DNA of 43,145 nucleotides, taken from IMG/VR virus record IMGVR_UViG_3300032243_000398, positions 1 to 43,145 of that record, one strand, 5' to 3'. The position numbers and the translations under genes were made by a program. A model generated the notes under the pieces. That model saw only the letters and a program-made list of their open reading frames with translations. It searched no databases and was not told the DNA's origin. Source of the stretch: a virus. Lineage: Duplodnaviria; Caudoviricetes. Positions 37,185-43,145 of the stretch are shown piece after piece. The number at the start of each line of letters is the position of its first letter. The stretch's first letter is position 1.

Positions 37185-38047
37185 ACTGTATAATCCTGAT
37201 CCGGAAAATCAAAAGCCATACGGTGCAATACTCGTTTTTCTATTGCCTCAAATGGCCACCTCTTGTGAATACCTAACCATTGCTCGGCTATAACGATGTC
37301 CCCGTCGTCCCAATCGTGATGATAACAGTATTTGTCTTGTATGGTATGCTCTGTTAACCAACTAATAATGTCTTTGCTTTCGTCTTCTGATAAACCTACA
37401 AATCCAGAAATTTGCAAGAACGGAAAATAAAACCCTTTTTTACCTGCTATGTTTTGCATGACTAAATTAGGAGTATACCCATCGAGTGCCTCTCCAGTAT
37501 ACCCTGCCAATACATCAGCATCATTTTCAGCCCAGTTGGCCATGACAAGTTTAAGATTTTCTAAGGGTTCTCTTTTTTGTTTGTCTAATTCGTCATAGGA
37601 CAAAATGTTATTATTCCACGTGGTTCTTGATCCTTTAGAACCTCTTACGGAATACAAATAAATCAATGAACGTTTTAAAGGGTCGTGTGGATCGTTGCAG
37701 TGCCACACCATTTCATCAGTCCACCCTGCAATTCCAGGCAAGCCGTGTTCATTTTTTTCGCCAGTAACACGTAGAATATATTTTTCTGATCCGTCTACTT
37801 CTGCTCCACGATAGCATTCAGCATCGAACGACCCTTCTACATCCACATGAAACTGTTGCGGATTCTTAAACATTTTAGCAATTCTAACTTCGTCTTCAAT
37901 AGTTAACGATTGATTTTTAATTACTACAAGAGTATGCGTTGCTAATAATTTTGCTATGTAATTTATATCATCTTGTGTAGCAGTATTGATGTTAAAATTT
38001 TCAAGTATAACAGTCCAACCGTTTTTGTGTAATTTATATTGTATCAT
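37181..38047 (-). CDS. TauD/TfdA family dioxygenase (HxN variant)
   Basis: WHCN, GS.T.W, Y.H.W..GD.VI and H.R......R.LHR motifs. Confidence 0.85.
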   Translation of the reverse strand: MIQYKLHKNGWTVILENFNINTATQDDINYIAKLLATHTLVVIKNQSLTIEDEVRIAKMFKNPQQFHVDVEGSFDAECYRGAEVDGSEKYILRVTGEKNEHGLPGIAGWTDEMVWHCNDPHDPLKRSLIYLYSVRGSKGSRTTWNNNILSYDELDKQKREPLENLKLVMANWAENDADVLAGYTGEALDGYTPNLVMQNIAGKKGFYFPFLQISGFVGLSEDESKDIISWLTEHTIQDKYCYHHDWDDGDIVIAEQWLGIHKRWPFEAIEKRVLHRMAFDFPDQDYTV

Positions 38048-38763
38048 TTGATAACCTCATTATAATCTACTCCTGCTCTATGCAGTACTCTAATGTCCAT
38101 TCTAGCAAATGGCCAGCGTTTGTGTATGCTGTTCCATTGATCAGATATAACTACATCGCCGTCCTCCCAATCATGATGATACATGTATTTTTCGTTTAAA
38201 ACGTGATTACAGAGTGTTAGTTTAAGTTTGTCAGATTCTTGTTGTGTAAGCTCTACAAACTTCCCTAATTGGTAGGGAGAAAAATACATACCTGGTTGAC
38301 CTGCAAGAGTTGTATGAACTAGCGGAGGATTCCATGCGGTATTATATTTTACTCCAACATGATCGGGTGCGCTTGGTGCAGATATATTTCCGTAAATAGA
38401 ATGTAAATTTGCAATTTGCTTTTTGATATCATCGGTTAAGTCAGCGTATGCAATTATATTATTATTCCAGGTAGTTCTAGAACCAGCGGTTCCTCTATGC
38501 CCATACAGGTAAAGAATTTCACTACGATCTGGTTCTTCCGGAGTATCACTATGCCAGTCAAATCCTTCCTCCCAATCAGCCATACCAATTTTTCCATCGC
38601 GGATTTCTTTCGTAACTCTGAAAATTATACCGTCTGGGTCTTTTTTAAGATCTAATGCAAAATCATCAAATAGCGGATCGTCTTTAGGATACAACGATTT
38701 TGGGTTGTTAAACATATTTAAAAATCTTAATTCGTCTTCAATAGTTAACGATTGATTTTTAAT
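37889..38763. repeat. Exact 33-bp direct repeat shared by the two TauD paralogs
   Basis: TTCGTCTTCAATAGTTAACGATTGATTTTTAAT at 37889-37921 and 38731-38763 (encodes IKNQSLTIEDE on the minus strand). Confidence 0.9.
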
Positions 38764-38886
38764 AACAACACAAGTATTAGCAGAAAGTAATTTTTCAAGA
38801 TCGTTGACTTCTTGCTGTGTGCAAGTTTTTAAATCAACTTTTGCAAACACAGTCCATCTGTTTTCATGTACTACATAATCTATCAT
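38044..38886 (-). CDS. TauD/TfdA family dioxygenase
   Basis: WHSD, PLVH, YHHDWEDGDVVI and H.R......RVLHR motifs. Confidence 0.88.
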   Translation of the reverse strand: MIDYVVHENRWTVFAKVDLKTCTQQEVNDLEKLLSANTCVVIKNQSLTIEDELRFLNMFNNPKSLYPKDDPLFDDFALDLKKDPDGIIFRVTKEIRDGKIGMADWEEGFDWHSDTPEEPDRSEILYLYGHRGTAGSRTTWNNNIIAYADLTDDIKKQIANLHSIYGNISAPSAPDHVGVKYNTAWNPPLVHTTLAGQPGMYFSPYQLGKFVELTQQESDKLKLTLCNHVLNEKYMYHHDWEDGDVVISDQWNSIHKRWPFARMDIRVLHRAGVDYNEVIK

Positions 38887-39608
38887 ATAGGCATTCCTAC
38901 TTTTTGTTTAAATTCTTTTGAAAATCTACCATTTATCCTTAATGTATATGTTGGACGTTGAATAGGTATTCCACCGTGCCAGTCACTTTCATTCCAATAT
39001 GCAACTCTAGTATTCATAAAGGTGCGTTCGCCTGTATCCGGATTGAGAATATAAAACGGTCTATCGCAATCAGTTTTTATATGAATAAACTCCGGAAGGT
39101 ATCCGAGGGTTTCGTCCGGTTGTCTAGGATCATAATGTTCCCAGGGAATACCACCTGCATCTACAGATATCAAATTTGAACTATACAGGCTGTCTAATAT
39201 TCCAGAGGTTACGAAACTTTGAATCCATTTTAACAGACCGGGAAAATGATCAGCGACTTCACTTACAACATTATGCTCTCCGAGAATAGGAAACAGTCGA
39301 TAGAAATCATAGGCACCAAATGCGCTTTTTAAATAATCAGTAAGTTGATTATAGCTTAAATCTTTCCCGGCTATTTTCATTGGATCGCTATCCGGTAAAG
39401 AATTCCACATTGAAACTATTTCGTATAACGGCTTAACTGGTATGCCTTGTGCATGCGGGTGGATAGTGCCTTCTGGAATTTCGTGAATGCCGTCAATAGC
39501 AAGATCTCTAGCAGTAGCTATTCCTCTACAAATTTCTGGGCGTAAAGCATCGAACTCACTTAAGTCTACATGTTTTTCTAAATCTATATATGGGAGTCCG
39601 TGTATCAT
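38883..39608 (-). CDS. Putative Fe(II) oxygenase (paralog of 28866)
   Basis: GIPWEHYD, EFIHI and WN.SDWHGG......YTLRINGRF motifs. Confidence 0.65.
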   Translation of the reverse strand: MIHGLPYIDLEKHVDLSEFDALRPEICRGIATARDLAIDGIHEIPEGTIHPHAQGIPVKPLYEIVSMWNSLPDSDPMKIAGKDLSYNQLTDYLKSAFGAYDFYRLFPILGEHNVVSEVADHFPGLLKWIQSFVTSGILDSLYSSNLISVDAGGIPWEHYDPRQPDETLGYLPEFIHIKTDCDRPFYILNPDTGERTFMNTRVAYWNESDWHGGIPIQRPTYTLRINGRFSKEFKQKVGMPI

Positions 39609-39610
39609 TT

Positions 39611-39916
39611 TTAAATTTCTGTTACAGATCTATTAGCGGTTATATTGTGCCACAGATTGTATCTAGTTTGTAAAACATTTTGATATTGTAACACGTCGTC
39701 ATTTAGAAATGCATCATAATCTTCTTGAGATTTAAAAATTAATGTTTTAGTCTGTGTGGTATAATCTTCACTAGTAATGCTAGACATACTGATAAGTTTA
39801 TTAGTATCTTGAAAATGTTTCTTGATATATTCTGCAATGCCAAGATCACTATTAAAAAATTGATCAATAATATTTTTGTCTAGTTGTCTTACACTAACTA
39901 TTTCTAATTTTATCAT
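39611..39916 (-). CDS. Hypothetical protein
   Basis: 101-aa ORF coupled within the operon. Confidence 0.72.
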   Translation of the reverse strand: MIKLEIVSVRQLDKNIIDQFFNSDLGIAEYIKKHFQDTNKLISMSSITSEDYTTQTKTLIFKSQEDYDAFLNDDVLQYQNVLQTRYNLWHNITANRSVTEI

Positions 39917-40512
39917 GTATAATCCTTAATAAAATCAACTTTAATTTTCGGAAATGATTCAAAAATTTTAGCTCTAGTCCAATCCCAATTATGCGGACTA
40001 TCAAGTTTTAGTTTATTGCCAATACAGATAGCTGTTTTTAAAATAAATTCATCTTCGTGTTTTGATGCTACAAACTCATCATAATTGATATGCAGGTATT
40101 CTTGTACTTCTCGTAGACGAGGATCATGGCAATCTAAGCTATTTTGAAAGCCTAATGCATATCCTCTTTTTAACACAGCCATTCCTATCTTGGAATAAAA
40201 TCTTCCAAGATTAATTAAAGATTTTCCGTCAGTTGTATCAATAGGCGGAAGAATAATTATCAATGGCGCCCACAGAGAAGGGAGTTTAACATCGCCATTA
40301 AATTCTCCGTCTCTGCACCAGTGACCGATATAGAAAAGTTTTTTAATAATTTCTTTGTCTTGAATTACGCTTTTTTTAGCAATTGGATTCTCAACTAAAA
40401 AATCATCTATCATTTTAGTTAGATATTCAACAGTTTCTGCGTCTACTGGTGTATCGATATTAAATGATCGATTGGCATGCGATAGCATATGATTCAATGT
40501 GAGATTATACAT
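39913..40512 (-). CDS. Nitroreductase-like protein (divergent)
   Basis: RSF....PV..E, APLII, G......A...GY..GF and terminal ICIG pattern. Confidence 0.55.
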   Translation of the reverse strand: MYNLTLNHMLSHANRSFNIDTPVDAETVEYLTKMIDDFLVENPIAKKSVIQDKEIIKKLFYIGHWCRDGEFNGDVKLPSLWAPLIIILPPIDTTDGKSLINLGRFYSKIGMAVLKRGYALGFQNSLDCHDPRLREVQEYLHINYDEFVASKHEDEFILKTAICIGNKLKLDSPHNWDWTRAKIFESFPKIKVDFIKDYT

Positions 40513-40831
40513 TTACCAGCACCTCAAAATATTCTGGAGACTTAGCTTCGTCTATAGTATATGGAATATTGTTAACTTGAAAGAACCCTTCTAATGCTCC
40601 GATAGCTAGGCCAGTATGATGGTGGCTTTCGTAAAAGGTAAAAGAATCTTGAAGTCTTGTTTCGTCATCTGCTCTATCGTCTAGATCGAAATACTTAGTT
40701 GTTGGTATAAATTTTATTTTAAGAGTATCGTTAACTTTTGTTATGATACATTCAAAGTATATCCGGCCACACCGCGCGGGCGCACAGTTAATTACATTTT
40801 TAATTGATTCTAGTAGATTTGGGTATTTCAT
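40505..40831 (-). CDS. Hypothetical protein
   Basis: 108-aa ORF, first gene after TAAATA at 40837-40842. Confidence 0.7.
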   Translation of the reverse strand: MKYPNLLESIKNVINCAPARCGRIYFECIITKVNDTLKIKFIPTTKYFDLDDRADDETRLQDSFTFYESHHHTGLAIGALEGFFQVNNIPYTIDEAKSPEYFEVLVNV

Positions 40832-40836
40832 AAAGA

Positions 40837-40842
40837 TATTTA
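40837..40842 (-). promoter_or_regulatory. Putative late promoter TAAATA
   Basis: GGTAAATATCTTTATG on the minus strand; no SD. Confidence 0.65.
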
Positions 40843-40861
40843 CCCGGAGAATATAGACTCG

Positions 40862-40888
40862 TTAACAATCGTGAGTCACGATTGTTAA
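40862..40888. repeat. 27-bp near-perfect palindrome
   Basis: TTAACAATCGTGA-G-TCACGATTGTTAA in the intergenic gap after the tail-fibre gene. Confidence 0.9.
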
Positions 40889-40907
40889 GAATTATAAACG
40901 TTTTTGA

Positions 40908-42155
40908 TTAACCAATACGCCAGACTGTACCGTCTGAGTAAACAGGAACTTTCTGTGCACCGCCGCCTGTATAAGGACTTGCAAATGTAGATAATGTAGC
41001 ATCAGATACAAACGCTCTAGCACCAACACCAGCTGTTGCTGCATTAGGTAATGGGGTGCCTGCTACAGAATATACTGTTGTTTTGAAAAGATTTGCTGTA
41101 AATTTTCCAGAGCTATCAAAGATAGCATAATTAAAAGTAGATCCACCACCGCCTGATATGAGAGCAACACTCGATAACGGAGCATCATTTGCGGTGTTTG
41201 CACCAGCATCCCAAGAAGAGCCTAGGCCTCCAGCGAAGGCATAACCTGATCCATTCCACCCTTTAATGGCTATGGAACCAACTGTTCCGCCTGCAGCAAT
41301 AGCAGTTTTACTAGTAGCTGTGCCGCCATAATAGTTTGTAGAAAAACTAGAATCCTTCTTGGCATTTACCTGCAGACCAAAAGTCGAATCGGGTGCGTCA
41401 ATAGTATCAGTAGTTATAGTACCTACCACATTACCTGTCAAGTTTCCTGTCAAGTTTCCTGTAATTCCGCCAGCAGCATTTATTGCTTTTGTTCTGGCAT
41501 TTACAATTAGTGTGCTGTCGTCACCTACAATATTAATATTGTAATTCATGCCAGTTTCAACACCACCGCCTGCACCGCCTGTGCCAATAGTAACACCACC
41601 AACTGTAGATCCAGCTGGCAAATTAATGCGTGAACTAGAAGCACTGATTGTTGCTGAACCAATTTTAATAGTTCCGCCTACATATACATTGTTAAATGGA
41701 ATTGCTAAACTTCCTAGATCTGGTCCGAAAGATTTAGGGATAATGTCATCGTCAACTGTACCGTTTAGATTGATTTTGCCGGAAACTGCATCAACTAGAA
41801 TAGTCGAATCATCACCAACTAGTGTTCCCTTAAATGCATCTGCTTTAATTGTGCCTACGTAGTTGGATAGTTGGACATTGACTACTGCATTGATTTTGCT
41901 TAAAGTAGGATTACTAGGATTAGGAACATATGTAAATGTAATTCCAGTATGAGTTCCGCTGGTAAGAAGAGCAGCATCAATATTTTGTATATCTCTAAGA
42001 CTATAGTTCGCAACGGGTAATCCGCCAATAGTACCAGCTTGATCACCAACCCATATGGATCCGGTATCCGTAACATAGATAAGTTCGCCCACTGCGAGAG
42101 GCTGAGACATATTTGTCCTTTGACTATCGGTTCCTCTGCGTAATTGTAATGGCAT
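40908..42155 (-). CDS. Tail fibre / receptor-binding-like structural protein
   Basis: N-terminal LQLRRGT...LAVGELIYVTDT...VGD (Mtd-N-like baseplate-attachment motif), Gly/Thr-rich body, GNLT repeats, duplicated VGDDST. Confidence 0.8.
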   Translation of the reverse strand: MPLQLRRGTDSQRTNMSQPLAVGELIYVTDTGSIWVGDQAGTIGGLPVANYSLRDIQNIDAALLTSGTHTGITFTYVPNPSNPTLSKINAVVNVQLSNYVGTIKADAFKGTLVGDDSTILVDAVSGKINLNGTVDDDIIPKSFGPDLGSLAIPFNNVYVGGTIKIGSATISASSSRINLPAGSTVGGVTIGTGGAGGGVETGMNYNINIVGDDSTLIVNARTKAINAAGGITGNLTGNLTGNVVGTITTDTIDAPDSTFGLQVNAKKDSSFSTNYYGGTATSKTAIAAGGTVGSIAIKGWNGSGYAFAGGLGSSWDAGANTANDAPLSSVALISGGGGSTFNYAIFDSSGKFTANLFKTTVYSVAGTPLPNAATAGVGARAFVSDATLSTFASPYTGGGAQKVPVYSDGTVWRIG

Positions 42156-42185
42156 CTTCGCACTCCTGAATTTTCAATTATGTTG

Positions 42186-42191
42186 TATTTA
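42186..42191 (-). promoter_or_regulatory. Putative late promoter TAAATA
   Basis: CATAAATAC between the terminator and the AGGAG SD of the tail-fibre gene. Confidence 0.7.
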
Positions 42192-42215
42192 TGCCGGTGA
42201 CCAGAACGTATAGTC

Positions 42216-42242
42216 AAAAAAATAGGGCCCTTAGGCCCTATT
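42216..42242 (-). terminator. Intrinsic terminator
   Basis: AATAGGGCC-TAAG-GGCCCTATT followed by a T-run on the minus strand, just after the phosphoesterase stop. Confidence 0.85.
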
Positions 42243-42254
42243 AAACTATGCGTT

Positions 42255-42863
42255 TTAATCCACTGTAGGACCGTTTCCGTTCCTAAATCCCACACTTCCA
42301 CCTTCTGCTTCAATACGCTTGATAACGTCTTCAAACAGGATAGGCGCAAAATCAGGTGTTTGCTCTACGCAGACGCAATGGTAGCGAACATCGTTTTCAT
42401 CACTGTACAAAATTTCACCAGTTCTAGCATCAACTCCACGGGGCTTTTTTACACGATTGCTGTGTAAGTGACCGTGAATGTTAACACCAAATCTGCCTAA
42501 ACTTTCGCTGTGTACAGGAATATGACTTAAAATCATACCGTTCATAACATGATAAGCACGTAACTCACGAAAGTACATACGATATTCGTCATCACGGAAA
42601 ATGTCGTGATTTCCTCGGATTAACACCTTATCACCGTTTAAGCGACTTAATGTTTTTAAGGCCTTTCGGTTAATAACAACATCACCTAAATGATATACTT
42701 TATCGTTGGGACGTACACGTTCGTTCCAAGCCGCGATCATGGCCTCATCCATTTCTGCAGCATCGTCCCATGGACGCAATTTTGTAACTCCATCGTTACG
42801 TGTGAAGCGGCATACACCCGTGTGTCCAAAGTGCGTGTCGCTTACTAAGAATACACTTGGCAT
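42255..42863 (-). CDS. Calcineurin-like metallophosphoesterase
   Basis: SDTHFGH, LGDV, GNHD, SH.P and HGHLH motifs. Confidence 0.92.
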   Translation of the reverse strand: MPSVFLVSDTHFGHTGVCRFTRNDGVTKLRPWDDAAEMDEAMIAAWNERVRPNDKVYHLGDVVINRKALKTLSRLNGDKVLIRGNHDIFRDDEYRMYFRELRAYHVMNGMILSHIPVHSESLGRFGVNIHGHLHSNRVKKPRGVDARTGEILYSDENDVRYHCVCVEQTPDFAPILFEDVIKRIEAEGGSVGFRNGNGPTVD

Positions 42864-42877
42864 ATCTGCCTCCTTTT

Positions 42878-43048
42878 TTAGTAAACTTCTTTTACAATTT
42901 TAAATTCTGTTGTTGGATACTTTTCTTTGAATTCGTCAGTTTTAACAAATTCATTAAATTCTTTTGCATTGAAAAACATACGATGAAACACAGATTTGTG
43001 ATCCATCGTAGTTACTGTGAGATAAACCGATTTTGCTTTGCCAGCCAT
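42878..43048 (-). CDS. 56-aa hypothetical protein
   Basis: Manual translation MAGKAKSVYLTVTTMDHKSVFHRMFFNAKEFNEFVKTDEFKEKYPTTEFKIVKEVY; AAAGG SD; follows a sigma70 promoter. Not in the ORF track. Confidence 0.75.
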   Translation of the reverse strand: MAGKAKSVYLTVTTMDHKSVFHRMFFNAKEFNEFVKTDEFKEKYPTTEFKIVKEVY

Positions 43049-43075
43049 GTTATGCCTTTCACTGTGTAATGTATT

Positions 43076-43104
43076 ATTATAACATCAAAAAGAAACCCCG
43101 TCAA
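43076..43104 (-). promoter_or_regulatory. sigma70 early promoter
   Basis: TTGACG-17 nt-TATAAT with TGn extension. Confidence 0.8.
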
Positions 43105-43120
43105 ACAAAATCGACGGGGT
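43087..43120 (-). terminator. Intrinsic terminator overlapping the -35 element
   Basis: ACCCCGTC-10 nt-GACGGGGT then TTCTTTTT on the minus strand. Confidence 0.75.
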
Positions 43121-43145
43121 GTTGTAAAGATGCACAGATCACTGA

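Noticed and set aside
12899-40831. Classical RiPP cluster with a short precursor peptide
   Set aside because: Intergenic gaps are too small, and I found no leader-core peptide, PqqD/RRE protein, peptidase or ABC exporter. A precursor outside the window is not excluded.
41434-41463. 12-nt tandem repeat CCTGTCAAGTTT
   Set aside because: Explained by GNLT peptide repeats of the fibre protein.
40908-42155. Diversity-generating retroelement suggested by the Mtd-like N-terminus
   Set aside because: No reverse transcriptase and no TR/VR repeat pair seen in the window; the motif is common in fibre N-termini.
575-43069. Many short antisense or alternate-frame ORFs in the track (e.g. 575-796, 5775-6122, 9014-9376, 10880-11401, 22860-23249, 41900-42349, 42857-43069)
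   Set aside because: They overlap well-supported genes, show no recognisable motifs or start signals, and look like shadow ORFs.
1-43145. CRISPR array, transposase/integrase or alternative genetic code
   Set aside because: No spaced repeats or mobile-element motifs noticed; the standard code already gives near-complete coding coverage with full-length proteins.

Overview
The window is a gene-dense fragment of a large tailed dsDNA phage, probably infecting a Gram-negative (proteobacterial) host. It has T4-type TAAATA late-promoter motifs, consensus sigma70 early promoters, thyX and two tail-fibre-like genes. Positions 1-12.9 kb (mostly minus strand) carry host-like auxiliary genes (iscU, Fe/Mn SOD, UV endonuclease, kdsA, queD, BI-1, thyX, Hc1-like histone), glycosyltransferase-like genes, hypotheticals and a 112-nt tRNA-like RNA whose anticodon loop is replaced by a GNRA-capped hairpin. 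Positions 12.9-40.8 kb form a ~28-kb tailoring-enzyme supercluster. It holds 11 radical SAM enzymes, 9 Fe(II)/2OG-type oxygenases, 2 degenerate kinase-like proteins, 2 SGNH proteins and one each of methyltransferase, PLP enzyme, GNAT, adenylate-forming enzyme, nitroreductase-like protein and beta-barrel OMP. Most members occur as paralog pairs. They are arranged in alternating divergent/convergent operons headed by TAAATA motifs, directly downstream of a tail-fibre gene. This cluster is the best candidate for an undescribed system, such as late-stage chemical modification of virion, host surface or a small molecule. All calls come from motif recognition by eye; no database search was run.
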